64,000 nucleotides of DNA from Roseibacillus sp. (lineage in GTDB: Bacteria > Verrucomicrobiota > Verrucomicrobiia > Verrucomicrobiales > Akkermansiaceae): positions 541,241 through 605,240 of the forward strand of contig JBPOGI010000003.1 of NCBI GenBank assembly GCA_051251855.1. The letters run 5' to 3'. This document shows positions 37,431-46,921 of the stretch, one piece after another. The translations under genes were made by a program, and so were the position numbers. The first letter of the stretch is position 1. Each line of letters begins with the position of its first letter. The notes under the pieces are model-generated. The model had not been told where the DNA came from and searched no databases. It saw only the letters and a program-made list of their open reading frames with translations.

Positions 37431-39353
37431 TTATTTACTGGTATTGACCAAAGCGAGGACGGTCATGGAAGATGCCAACATGAGCAGAGCTGCGGCGACG
37501 GGGTGGAGGAGGCCAGTGGAGGCAAGGGTGATGCCGATGGCATTGTAGCCAAGGCTGAAAGCGAGGAGGCGGGTGAGTCGCTGGCGAGTGGAGCGGGCGA
37601 GGTCGATGGCGACGGGCAGGATGGCGAGGTCGTCGTGGCTGAGGGTGGCGTGAGCGGTGGAGGCCGCGGCTTGGGAGCCGGAGCTAAGCGCGATTCCAAC
37701 GTGGGCGGTGCACAGGGCTTGGGTGTCGTTAAGCCCATCGCCGAGATAGAGGGTTTTGTGTCCTTTTTCTTGTTCGGAATGAATGATGTCCGCTTTCTGA
37801 ATGGTGGTGAGCCCGGTGCGGGCATCGAGGAGCTGACGATAGGATTCGGGGCAGGAAGTGTCGCCGGTGAGGAGTTGTAGGCGCAGATTGCGATTGGCGA
37901 GGTCGGTAAGGGTCTGCAGGGACGAGTCGCGGGGTGATTCGCTGAGGTAGGCGGTGGCTACGGGAACGCCGTCGAGGATGAGGTGAAGAGTGCGGGTGGT
38001 GTCTTCGGTGGCCTGGCCAGTGGTCTCGGTGAGGAGTTGATGGTTGCCGAGGAGGAGGCTGTGCGCCTTTCCTTTCCAAGTGAAGGTGGCTCGAATGCCG
38101 CGAGCAGGGAGGGGGTGAATCTTGAGGTCGGGGAATTTGGCAGGCTCTTCGAGTTTCCAGAATGGGCGTGCTACGGGATGGGTGGACTGTCGTTGAATGG
38201 CGGCCAACCAGGAAGTGAGTTCGGCGGGAGCGGCAGCTGTTAGAGAGAGTTTGTCGAGAGTGAGGCGGGGATGGGAGAGGGTGCCGGTTTTGTCAAATGC
38301 GACGGTGTCGATGGTGGCAAGGCGCTCGGCGAGGTCGGGTTGATGGGGGATGAGACCGAGAAGGCGAAAGTTGAGGAGGGCCTTGCGGGCTGCGAGCGGA
38401 ATGGCCAGTCCAAGCGCGCAGGGGCAGGCGACGATGGTGACTGCGAGGGCGTTGAAGAGGGCCTGCGAAGGGTTGTGGAAAAGGAAGGTCCAGACCGCGG
38501 CGGTGAGGAGGGTGATAGCAATGACGGTGGGGACGAAGTAGGTGAGAATGCGTTGCGCGAGATTCTCAGCCGGAGTCGGTGGGGTGTTTTCGCAGGCGGC
38601 CAAGAGGCGGTCGAGTTCGCGGTTTTTCCCCGAAGAGGTGGTGGTGAGGTCGATGGTGCCGTCGAGGACTTTCGAGCCTGCGAGGAGAGAGTCGCCGGGA
38701 CTTTTAGCTGCGGGAAAGGGCTCGCCTGTATGGGCAAGCTCTTCCACGAAGGCAGAGCCCGATGCGATGATGCCATCGGCAGGGATGAGTTCGCCGGGGG
38801 CGATGCGGAGGATTTGGTCGGGCTGGATCTCAGAGGTAGGAAGGGCGCGGGTTCCTCTTTCTTCCACAAGAGTGGCCGTAGTGGCGAGGCCGGGAATATG
38901 TTGGGCGAGGTCGGTGGCCTTTTGAGTCTGATTGTGAAGAACGAGTTGACCGAGGTGGTAGATGGCGAGGAGGATCAGAACGACTTCGTAGTAGATGTGG
39001 CCGATGCCAGTGAAGGAGGAATAGAGGGAAGCCGCATACGCTCCCGCAAGGCCGAGGAGGTAGAGATGCTCGAGGGTGAGGCGAGGAACGAGGGCGTTTT
39101 TTAGAATGGGCCAGGCCAGAAAAAGAAGACCAGCCCCTGTGATGGCTGCAAGAACAGTGTGGAGGATGGTGCGGGCGGGCTCGTCGGGTGGATCGAGGTT
39201 GATGGCCAGCGAAAGATACATGCTGAGTCCTGCCAGTAAGATGGAGAGACCCAATCTTAGCCAGCGTAGGAGCGGGAAAGAAGGGCTCGTCGGGGTGGTT
39301 GAACAGCAAGCGGGTTCAACCTTCTTGGGGGCAGCGGAACAGCAACAGGACAT
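37431..39353 (-). CDS. ccoI: P1B Cu-type ATPase, CcoI/FixI-like
   Basis: TGE, CPC, FDKTGT, HP, GDGLND, YN and MxxSS; last gene of the cco cluster; Cys-rich N-terminus. Confidence 0.8.
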   Translation of the reverse strand: MSCCCSAAPKKVEPACCSTTPTSPSFPLLRWLRLGLSILLAGLSMYLSLAINLDPPDEPARTILHTVLAAITGAGLLFLAWPILKNALVPRLTLEHLYLLGLAGAYAASLYSSFTGIGHIYYEVVLILLAIYHLGQLVLHNQTQKATDLAQHIPGLATTATLVEERGTRALPTSEIQPDQILRIAPGELIPADGIIASGSAFVEELAHTGEPFPAAKSPGDSLLAGSKVLDGTIDLTTTSSGKNRELDRLLAACENTPPTPAENLAQRILTYFVPTVIAITLLTAAVWTFLFHNPSQALFNALAVTIVACPCALGLAIPLAARKALLNFRLLGLIPHQPDLAERLATIDTVAFDKTGTLSHPRLTLDKLSLTAAAPAELTSWLAAIQRQSTHPVARPFWKLEEPAKFPDLKIHPLPARGIRATFTWKGKAHSLLLGNHQLLTETTGQATEDTTRTLHLILDGVPVATAYLSESPRDSSLQTLTDLANRNLRLQLLTGDTSCPESYRQLLDARTGLTTIQKADIIHSEQEKGHKTLYLGDGLNDTQALCTAHVGIALSSGSQAAASTAHATLSHDDLAILPVAIDLARSTRQRLTRLLAFSLGYNAIGITLASTGLLHPVAAALLMLASSMTVLALVNTSK

Positions 39354-39356
39354 CAC

Positions 39357-40004
39357 TTAAAGATTGTCAAGATCGGCTTGGGTCCAGGGGGCGTGACCTT
39401 CGAATTCGCCACGAAGAGATTGCACGGTTTCAAGTTCAACCGGGGGAGCGTCATTGCCCCAGCTGGCGCGGATATAGGTCAGGACGTCAGCGATTTGGCG
39501 GTCATTGAGGGTCGCCCCTTGGGGAGGCATGACGCTATTCCAAGACTGCCCATTGACGGTGATTTCTCCCATCAAGCCATGGAGGACGAGGAGAGCGAGA
39601 CGCTTTTCATCGCCTTGGACCCAATCGGAATCTGCGAGGGGAGGAAAGGCGCCCGGGAGACCTTTGCCATCGGGTTGGTGACAGGTTGAACAGACCAAGT
39701 TGTAGACCGTTGCACCCTCGGCGACCGCGTCACGGGCTTGAGGAGCAGCGTCTGCGATGGACTCTTCTTTGGGAAGTTGAGTGGCGGAGACGCCTTCGAT
39801 GTATTCGTCCCAGCGGAAGCCGCCAGAAGCGACGAGAAGATACCAAATCGCCCACATCGTGAGCGGAGCGTAGATGAGATGTTTGAGCCACCAAGGAAGG
39901 CGTCGATTGAGTTCATGAGGCTCGGCGTTTTCGCGCCAAATTTGTCCATGCACCTCGCGGACATTGAGGTCCTCGCCGGGTTCGTTACCAGGGGTGTTTT
40001 TCAT
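39357..40004 (-). CDS. monoheme cytochrome c, CcoP-like subunit
   Basis: N-terminal E.NRRLPWWL + TM; single CSTCH; Met ligand in VMPP. Confidence 0.8.
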   Translation of the reverse strand: MKNTPGNEPGEDLNVREVHGQIWRENAEPHELNRRLPWWLKHLIYAPLTMWAIWYLLVASGGFRWDEYIEGVSATQLPKEESIADAAPQARDAVAEGATVYNLVCSTCHQPDGKGLPGAFPPLADSDWVQGDEKRLALLVLHGLMGEITVNGQSWNSVMPPQGATLNDRQIADVLTYIRASWGNDAPPVELETVQSLRGEFEGHAPWTQADLDNL

Positions 40005-40009
40005 CGGGC

Positions 40010-40651
40010 TTACTTTTCGGATTCAAGGCGGGCTTTGGCGGCTTCCGGCACTTCGTAGGCTGAGAGCTTGAGAGATTGCAGGTAGGCCACGAGAGCGAGA
40101 GCGTCCTGCGTGGGGATGACCTCCTGCCCAGCGGGGGGAGCGAAGGCTTCCCCGAGATTGAGAGCGTTCTCCGAGGGGCCCGAGGTGGGGACCGGCTGAG
40201 TTTTGAATAAGAAACGGAAGGGCGGCATGTTCGAGCCCTTGGATGTGATCTGAGGATCGTAGAGATGGAGCAGGTGCCAAGTCTCGGAAGGATTGCGCAC
40301 GCCGATATTGGCAAGGTCGGGTCCAGTGCGCATCGTACCCATCTGGGCGATCCCGTGGTTCATGTAGTCTCGGGCCACGGTGCGGCGCTCGCCCCAACCG
40401 CGCTCCAGGTCGGTGCGCGAACGGGCGGGGTGGACCTGTTGTGAATGGCAGTAGATGCAACCGTTGGCGATGTAGACGTTACGACCTTGCTTCTCCAAAG
40501 TGCTGAGGAGAGGAGGAATCATTTCACCGGTTTTGGGGTCTTCGACTTGCTCGAAGTTTCCGAGTCCCCAGACCGGCATGATGACGAGCCCGCACCAGGC
40601 GGAGAGAAAGGTCAGCATGAAGCCAATAAAGATGTAGCGGAATTTGTTCAT
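40010..40651 (-). CDS. ccoO: cbb3-type cytochrome c oxidase subunit II
   Basis: GR.VYI.NGCIYCHSQQV, GTMRTGPDL, WH..HL..P, SNMP; ATGA-coupled to ccoN. Confidence 0.92.
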   Translation of the reverse strand: MNKFRYIFIGFMLTFLSAWCGLVIMPVWGLGNFEQVEDPKTGEMIPPLLSTLEKQGRNVYIANGCIYCHSQQVHPARSRTDLERGWGERRTVARDYMNHGIAQMGTMRTGPDLANIGVRNPSETWHLLHLYDPQITSKGSNMPPFRFLFKTQPVPTSGPSENALNLGEAFAPPAGQEVIPTQDALALVAYLQSLKLSAYEVPEAAKARLESEK

Positions 40652-42087
40652 GAGTTGGCGGAGGAAGGTTTGCGTTTGGTGAAAAGGGTGGGCTCGGTGG
40701 CATCCTTGCGGTGAGCGACGAGCATCCAGACGAAGGAGATGGCGAAGCAAAGGTGGCCAAAGGTCATCAGCATTCCGGCATGAGTTCGACTTTTCAGATA
40801 CGGGATGGTGAGTTGAACAATCTCAAGGAAGGGGGTGGTTTCCTTATTGAGTTCGAGGCCTTGCAGCCATCCTCCATAGCTGAGGACGGTCCAATAGAGA
40901 ATGATGCCAATAGCGCAGGGCCAAAAGTGCAGCCGGATGAGCCAGCGCGAAGGCCACTCACGCTCGAGGAGTCGTGGCATCATGTAGTAGATGGAACCGA
41001 AAAAGGTCATGGAGGCAAAGGCGTAGGCTCCGAGGTGGGCGTGCGCGATGGTGTAGTGAGTGAAGTGGCTAATGTGATTGACCGCGCGAATGGCCATGAG
41101 TGACCCTTGGAATGAGACGAGGGTGTAGCTCATCGCTCCAAAGACTACGAAACGGAGGGTCGGGGAGTAGATGAGCTTTTTAAAGTGCCCCACCATGGTG
41201 AAGTGGTGATTGATAGCGACGGTGATCACGGGCACGAACATCATCACGCTGGCGACCACGGAGGCGGTGATGAGCCAAGCGGGATAAGGGCCGCCAATGA
41301 GGTGGTGCATCCCGTTCCACGCATAGAAAAAGGCGAGGGTCCAAAAGCCGATCGCGGAGAGATAGTAGGAGTGGATGGGTTTGCCGATGATTTTGGGAAT
41401 CAGGTAGTAAGCCGCACCAAGTCCAATGGGAGTGAACCAGAGACCGAGGGCATTGTGGGCAAACCACCAGTTGATGGGAGGTTGCGCTGGCGCTTGCACG
41501 GGGGCGAGAACGAGCAGGCCGTGGGCGGTGAAGAACAACATGGGAAACCAAAAGAAGGCGGCCATGATATACCACTGCGAAATGTAAATGTGGCCTGGTT
41601 CCCGTCGTCGGATGAGGTTAACGGCGGCGAGCATCACGAAGGTGAAAGAGACGAGGAGAAAGGGGGCTGCGTAGGTGGGATACTCCAGCCATTCAACCGC
41701 AGTGGAATCCCCGCGTAGAATGCCCCAGGTGCCGACCGCGTTACCAACGTTCCAGAGAATGGCCGCAAGAGTCAGGGAACGGCTGTCTTGGATGGGAGCG
41801 CGACACAGTCTGGAAAGAATCCAAAGGCCGATTCCGATGCCTGCAGTGGAGAGCCATCCGTAGGCCACGGTGTTGAGGTGGGCAGGTCGGACACGACCAA
41901 AGGTGAGCCAAGGATTGTTGGCGAGAAATTCCGGATCGTGGAGCTTCACGGACGCCGCGATGGCGAGGGCGGAACCCAAGAGGAGCCAAAAGATGGAGGT
42001 GCCGATAAAGACACCACACGGCCAGCGCGCGGCTCGGTCGATCTCCAGCCTTTGTTGGCGCGAATGTTCGAGGTTGTCTTGGTTCAT
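40648..42087 (-). CDS. ccoN: cbb3-type cytochrome c oxidase subunit I
   Basis: FGRVRPAHLN, WWFAHNALG, FYAWNGMHH (C-family Tyr), HFTHYTIAHAH. Confidence 0.93.
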   Translation of the reverse strand: MNQDNLEHSRQQRLEIDRAARWPCGVFIGTSIFWLLLGSALAIAASVKLHDPEFLANNPWLTFGRVRPAHLNTVAYGWLSTAGIGIGLWILSRLCRAPIQDSRSLTLAAILWNVGNAVGTWGILRGDSTAVEWLEYPTYAAPFLLVSFTFVMLAAVNLIRRREPGHIYISQWYIMAAFFWFPMLFFTAHGLLVLAPVQAPAQPPINWWFAHNALGLWFTPIGLGAAYYLIPKIIGKPIHSYYLSAIGFWTLAFFYAWNGMHHLIGGPYPAWLITASVVASVMMFVPVITVAINHHFTMVGHFKKLIYSPTLRFVVFGAMSYTLVSFQGSLMAIRAVNHISHFTHYTIAHAHLGAYAFASMTFFGSIYYMMPRLLEREWPSRWLIRLHFWPCAIGIILYWTVLSYGGWLQGLELNKETTPFLEIVQLTIPYLKSRTHAGMLMTFGHLCFAISFVWMLVAHRKDATEPTLFTKRKPSSANS

Positions 42088-42281
42088 GAGTGAGTGTGTT
42101 GGGAATGGGAGAGAGGCGTATCCGTGGGTTGGCCGATGGGTTCGTCTTCGTCGAAGATGACGCGGGAGGCGTCCTCCAGATTTTCGAATTGCTTGTTAGA
42201 GGCCGCCCAGCAAAAGGCTCCGACGGTGAGAACAGCGAGAGCGATCATGACAACGAGGATGATGAGTGAGGCGGCGAGCAT
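42084..42281 (-). CDS. ccoS: cbb3 oxidase maturation protein
   Basis: TM then F.WA...QFENLEDASRVIFDED. Confidence 0.88.
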   Translation of the reverse strand: MLAASLIILVVMIALAVLTVGAFCWAASNKQFENLEDASRVIFDEDEPIGQPTDTPLSHSQHTHS

Positions 42282-42325
42282 AATAGAAAATCGTGATGAT
42301 TAAGGGAGAGGAGGGCGTTTTCGTC

Positions 42326-42988
42326 CTAGCTTAGCGTACGTTTGCAAAAATACCAATCGGTGTAGTCATGACCTTCCTCAGCACGCTTCTCTGCTTCTTC
42401 GTAGGTGGCTGGTGGACTTACGATTACGGGATCGCCGGGCTGCCAATCTTCGGGGGTAGCGATCCCACTTTGGCTGCTGGTGGTCTGGAGCGCCTGCAAG
42501 AGCCGGACAAATTCTTTGATGCTGCGGCCATTGCTCATGGGGTAGTAGACCATCGCCCGGAGGTGACCTTCGGGGTCGATGAGGAAGGTGGCGCGCACGG
42601 CGGAAGTATCGTCGGCTCCGGGTTGAATCATACCGTAAGCATGGGCGACCTTCATGGAGAGGTCGTCAATGATAGGAAAGGGAATGCGCACGCCGAAGTT
42701 CGTCTCGATAGAGCGCATCCAGGCGATGTGCGAGTAGGTGCTGTCGATGGAGAGTCCTAGCAGGTCACAGTTCAGTTCCTGAAATTGGTCGTGCGCTTTG
42801 GCAAAGGCCATAAACTCGGTGGTGCAGACGGGAGTGAAATCTGCTGGGTGTGAAAAGAGAACGAGCCAGCGACCCTTGTAGTCGTCAAGCGACCGTGGTC
42901 CATGAGTGGTCTGGGCGTTGAAGGCGGGGGCGGGTTCATTCAGACGGGGGAACTGAACGGGTGGGGATGAAGGTTCTGGAGTCGTCAT
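42326..42988 (-). CDS. peroxiredoxin, Prx6 subfamily
   Basis: FSHPADFTPVCTTEF; C-terminal DWYFC. Confidence 0.93.
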   Translation of the reverse strand: MTTPEPSSPPVQFPRLNEPAPAFNAQTTHGPRSLDDYKGRWLVLFSHPADFTPVCTTEFMAFAKAHDQFQELNCDLLGLSIDSTYSHIAWMRSIETNFGVRIPFPIIDDLSMKVAHAYGMIQPGADDTSAVRATFLIDPEGHLRAMVYYPMSNGRSIKEFVRLLQALQTTSSQSGIATPEDWQPGDPVIVSPPATYEEAEKRAEEGHDYTDWYFCKRTLS

Positions 42989-43025
42989 TGTTTGTTTGAA
43001 TTAGGATTGTTAGAGTCGAGAAGGA

Positions 43026-44651
43026 TTAAGAGAGCTGCAAGTGGGCTCCGCCAATGATGGAGTGGGCTTCGAAACCGTTGTTTTGCAGGATGCGGGCGGC
43101 GAAGTAACTGGTCTTTCCCATTTGGCAGATGGTGTAGACGGGCTTGCTTTTGTCCAACTCGTCGAGTCGGCTACGGAGAGTGGGGAGCGGGATGTTCTTG
43201 GCTCCGGGGACGGGCTGGCTGGCAGCCTTGGCCGCGGGCCTAACGTCGATGATTTGTTCTCCGTTGTTAGGAATCTCGTAGGTGGGAAGGAGGGAGCCGT
43301 CGCGCATGTTGCAGGCCGCGAAGCCAGCGATGTTGACGGGGTCTTTGGCGGAGCCGAAGGGGGGAGCGTAGGTGAGTTCGAGATGGCAGAGGTCGTCGAT
43401 GGTCATGCGGGCGCGCAAGGCGGTGGCGAGGATGTCGATGCGCTTGTCGATGCCGTCTTTGCCGACGGCTTGGGCACCGAGGAGCTGACCGGTTTCGGGA
43501 GACCAGAGGATCTTGAGCTTGATGGTTTCCGCCCCGGGAAAGTATCCGGCGTGGGAGTCGGCATTGATGGTGACGGTCTCGTAGGGGACTTCCTTGTGCT
43601 TGAGATAGCGTTCGCCGTGACCGGTGACGGCGGCCACTTGGTCAAAGACTCGCACGATGGCGGTGCCGAGGCTACCGGGATAGGGGAGGGCCTTCTCGCC
43701 TTGAAAAATATGGTCGGCGATGGTGCGGCCTTGTCGGTTGGCTGGGCCGCCGAGGGGAAGGGGGCGAAGCTCGTTGAGGAGGGGGTCGTGGGTCTCGACC
43801 GCATCGCCGGCGGCATAGATATCGGGATCGTTGGTTTGTTGGTGGGGGCTGACTTGAATGTGTCCGCGGGGACCGAGATCGAGTCCGGCAGCTTCCGCGA
43901 GTTGGGATTCGGGACGGACGCCAATGGAGAGAATGACGAGGTCGGTGAGGACGGTTTTTCCGGAGTTGAAAGTGGCAAGGATTCCGCTTCCGCTTTCGCT
44001 TTCTTCAAAAGAGATGACTTGTTCGCCGGTGTGCACGGTCACCCCGTGGGCGGTTAGTTCGTTTTCAAGGTCGCGGGCGAGTTCGGGATCAATGGGAGCG
44101 AGGACTTGGGGTGCCAGTTCGACGAGGGTGATCGCGAGACCTTTGTGGCGAAGTTGTTCCGCCATTTCGAGACCGATGAATCCAGCACCCACGACGAGGG
44201 CGGTCTTCGCCTGCGCGACTTCCTCGCCGATTCGATCCATGTCTTGCAAGGTGCGCAAGGTATGGACGGAGGGGAGGTCGATTCCGGGGAGCGGCGGGCG
44301 AAGGGGGGAGGCACCGGGGGCTAATACGAGTTTATCGTAGGAGAGGGTTTCTTCCTCGTTGGTTTCGAGGTTCTTGAGATGAATGGTCTTGTTGGCACGG
44401 TCAATGGCGAGAGCCTCGGTGCGGGTGCGGACATTGAGGTTGAGAAGAGTGGAGAGAGACTCTGGTGTTTGCACCGCGAGGTCGCTGCGGTTGGGGATTT
44501 CGCCACCGAGGTGATAGGGGAGGCCGCAGTTGGCAAAGGAGACATCGTAGCCTCGCTCGATGATGGTGATAGTAGCGGTTTCGGAATGGCGACGGGCGCG
44601 GGCTGCCGCTGAGGCTCCGCCGGCGACTCCGCCGATGATAACAATGTTCAT
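43026..44651 (-). CDS. CoA-disulfide/persulfide reductase with C-terminal rhodanese (CoADR-RHD/Npsr-like)
   Basis: GGVAGG, SFANCGLPY, GAGFIGLE, YAPPF, rhodanese loop CQMGKTS. Confidence 0.92.
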   Translation of the reverse strand: MNIVIIGGVAGGASAAARARRHSETATITIIERGYDVSFANCGLPYHLGGEIPNRSDLAVQTPESLSTLLNLNVRTRTEALAIDRANKTIHLKNLETNEEETLSYDKLVLAPGASPLRPPLPGIDLPSVHTLRTLQDMDRIGEEVAQAKTALVVGAGFIGLEMAEQLRHKGLAITLVELAPQVLAPIDPELARDLENELTAHGVTVHTGEQVISFEESESGSGILATFNSGKTVLTDLVILSIGVRPESQLAEAAGLDLGPRGHIQVSPHQQTNDPDIYAAGDAVETHDPLLNELRPLPLGGPANRQGRTIADHIFQGEKALPYPGSLGTAIVRVFDQVAAVTGHGERYLKHKEVPYETVTINADSHAGYFPGAETIKLKILWSPETGQLLGAQAVGKDGIDKRIDILATALRARMTIDDLCHLELTYAPPFGSAKDPVNIAGFAACNMRDGSLLPTYEIPNNGEQIIDVRPAAKAASQPVPGAKNIPLPTLRSRLDELDKSKPVYTICQMGKTSYFAARILQNNGFEAHSIIGGAHLQLS

Positions 44652-44693
44652 AGTAAAGTGGGTGAGCCTCTGAATCCAGTCTGCTTCTTTTTG

Positions 44694-45341
44694 TTAGGGT
44701 AGGCTGACTTCGACGCGAAAAACTCCTCGCAGGTCGCCTTCTTTAAACCCAATCGCTTGGTCGTCCGGGTAGGCTTCACTGATTTTGGCCGCCAGAGCGG
44801 GAGAAAAGGTGGAGGGGTCGCCATGACACTTGAGGCAAATCGCCTCGGTGAGAATGGGTTTGTAAAAGAGGGCTTGGTTGGCGCCGTGCCGAACGATTTC
44901 ATTTTCGGGCAGGCTTTGGCCCTCCGCGAGGAGAGTCTGCCAGCGAGAAAGGACCTCTTGGTCATCGGTGCCGGGGGCGTTAGCGGGATTGCGGACCATC
45001 AAAGCGGTGCGGGTGACGGTCGCTGCGGGGAGGTCTTGGCTAGTGGAAGCGGTGAGAGGTTGCGCAACCTGTTGACAGACGTGGAGAGCGTTCTCAGGTC
45101 CGCCGGATTGGAGAGCGGCCTTGAGTTGTCCCCCCAAGGATTTCATGAGGGCCAGAGAAGCTTCAGTTCCAATCTCGGCAGCCGCTTCCGCTTGTTGGGT
45201 CGTCAATGCGGGTGGATCGGTTAGAGAGGCTTCTATTTTGGATTCGGCCTGCTGGCGGCAACTTACTGAGACTGAAAAAACAAGGGCAAAGGCGACTAGG
45301 TAGAGTCCAGTTGATGTCTTGTTGAAAGGGCGAAGTCTCAT
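44694..45341 (-). CDS. DUF3365/Tll0287-like c-type heme lipoprotein
   Basis: Lipobox SVSC; LHVCQQVA, RNPANAP, CLKCHG, YPDDQAIGFKEGDLRG. Confidence 0.88.
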   Translation of the reverse strand: MRLRPFNKTSTGLYLVAFALVFSVSVSCRQQAESKIEASLTDPPALTTQQAEAAAEIGTEASLALMKSLGGQLKAALQSGGPENALHVCQQVAQPLTASTSQDLPAATVTRTALMVRNPANAPGTDDQEVLSRWQTLLAEGQSLPENEIVRHGANQALFYKPILTEAICLKCHGDPSTFSPALAAKISEAYPDDQAIGFKEGDLRGVFRVEVSLP

Positions 45342-45371
45342 CACGGGGAGATAAAAGCCATGCTTAGTAAA

Positions 45372-45414
45372 ATTGCAATAATAATCTATTGCAATATTCT
45401 TAAATAAGAATATT
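45372..45414. promoter_or_regulatory. two adjacent perfect inverted repeats in the divergent promoter
   Basis: ATTGCAATA-N6-TATTGCAAT (45372-45395) and AATATTCTTA-N2-TAAGAATATT (45393-45414), the latter containing ATTC-N8-GAAT. Confidence 0.8.
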
Positions 45415-45484
45415 TAAGAGGTGGAAGAGAGAGAAGTTAGAAAGTTTTTCTAGCGACTTCAAGAAACACAAATCGACCGAAACC

Positions 45485-46918
45485 ATGTATTTAAAACAAA
45501 TTACGGACGCATCCCTTGCTCAGAATGCCTACTTGATTGGATGCCAGCGCACAGGCGAGGCTATTGTCGTGGACCCTGAAAGAGACGTGGACCGCTATCT
45601 TGAATTGGCCGAAGCTGAGGGTCTTCGTATTGTGGCGGTCGCGGACACACACATTCATGCCGACTACTTGAGCGGGGTGCGGGAATTCGTCGAGCACCAT
45701 GGGGCCAAGGCCTATGTGACCGCTGAAGGGGGCCCCGATTGGCAAATGGAATGGGCTAAGGGGGATTCCCGCACTCGGGAAATTCGGAATGGAGATTCTA
45801 TCAAAATCGGTAACATCGAGCTCACCGTCTTATTGACGCCAGGTCATACCCCCGAGCATGTGAGTTTTCTTCTCACAGACCACGGAGGTGGGGCGAGCGA
45901 GCCGATTGCGATCTTGAGTGGAGACTTTATCTTCGTCGGTGACGTGGGTCGTCCCGACTTGTTAGAAAGCGCGGCGGGTCAGGCCGGGGCGATGGAGGCA
46001 TCTGCGAAAGTGCTCTACGATAGCTTGCGCCAGACAGAAGGCTTACCAGATTTCTTGCAGGTCCTCCCCGCGCACGGTGCTGGAAGTGCCTGCGGCAAAG
46101 CGTTGGGCGCGATTCCCACCAGTGTCTTGGGATATGAGCGGAAGTTCAATGGCGCTTTGCACGAGGCCTTGACCGAAAGCCGGGAAGACTTTGTCGACAG
46201 TATTTTGAGCGGTCAACCCGAGCCCCCTGTTTATTTCGCGCGTATGAAGCGCGACAACCGGGACGGTCAGGCTTTGCTGCCAGACGGCAAGCTACCTCAG
46301 CCCGAATGGATGGCTGCGACTGATTTTGCGGCTTTCGTTGCTGATGATAAGAACGTGGTGCTGGACCTGCGGACCGATAAGCCGGCCTTCATGGCCAAGC
46401 ATGTGAAAGGTTCGCTTTGGGCTCCCTTACAGGGCACTGAGTTTCCCGAGATGGCGGGTTCCTTTGTGGAGGAAAAGACGCCCATCGTGCTGCTTGTCAA
46501 CAAGGCCGGCGAGGTCGAGGAAGCAGTTCGCCAACTGGTGCGGATTGGCTACGACGAGGTGGTAGGTTGGCTTCCGGTTGAGGAGGCTTTGGCTAGCAGC
46601 GTGCCTACGGAGTCTATTGAGCGCATCACCACTGCGGAGCTGCCTGAAAGCCTCAGTGCCAAACCGGGTTTTGTTCTCGATGTGCGGCGGGCAGCGGAAT
46701 TCGCAGAGGGTCACTTCGAAGGCGCGAAGCAGATTGCGCACACCCGCTTGATGACTCGCACCGAAGAATTACCGAAAGACGAGGTCATTTATGTGCATTG
46801 TCGTTCCGGGGCTCGCGCGGCTAAGGCGGCCTCGTTTCTAGCCAAGAAGGGCTTCGATGTCGTTCATGTTGATGGGGCGGTGGAGGCTCTGCTCGGTCAA
46901 ACTACTTGTTGCGCCTAA
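45485..46918 (+). CDS. MBL-fold persulfide dioxygenase fused to two rhodanese domains (CstB-like)
   Basis: THIHADY, TPGHTPEH, GDVGRPDL, HGAGSACGK, C-terminal HCRSGARA. Confidence 0.9.
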   Translation: MYLKQITDASLAQNAYLIGCQRTGEAIVVDPERDVDRYLELAEAEGLRIVAVADTHIHADYLSGVREFVEHHGAKAYVTAEGGPDWQMEWAKGDSRTREIRNGDSIKIGNIELTVLLTPGHTPEHVSFLLTDHGGGASEPIAILSGDFIFVGDVGRPDLLESAAGQAGAMEASAKVLYDSLRQTEGLPDFLQVLPAHGAGSACGKALGAIPTSVLGYERKFNGALHEALTESREDFVDSILSGQPEPPVYFARMKRDNRDGQALLPDGKLPQPEWMAATDFAAFVADDKNVVLDLRTDKPAFMAKHVKGSLWAPLQGTEFPEMAGSFVEEKTPIVLLVNKAGEVEEAVRQLVRIGYDEVVGWLPVEEALASSVPTESIERITTAELPESLSAKPGFVLDVRRAAEFAEGHFEGAKQIAHTRLMTRTEELPKDEVIYVHCRSGARAAKAASFLAKKGFDVVHVDGAVEALLGQTTCCA

Positions 46919-46921
46919 ACG

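Noticed and set aside
40648..42087. Nitric oxide reductase (NorB) instead of CcoN
   Set aside because: Has the C-family Tyr in FYAWNGMHH, HNALG rather than the NorB HLWVEG motif, and CcoO/CcoS neighbours
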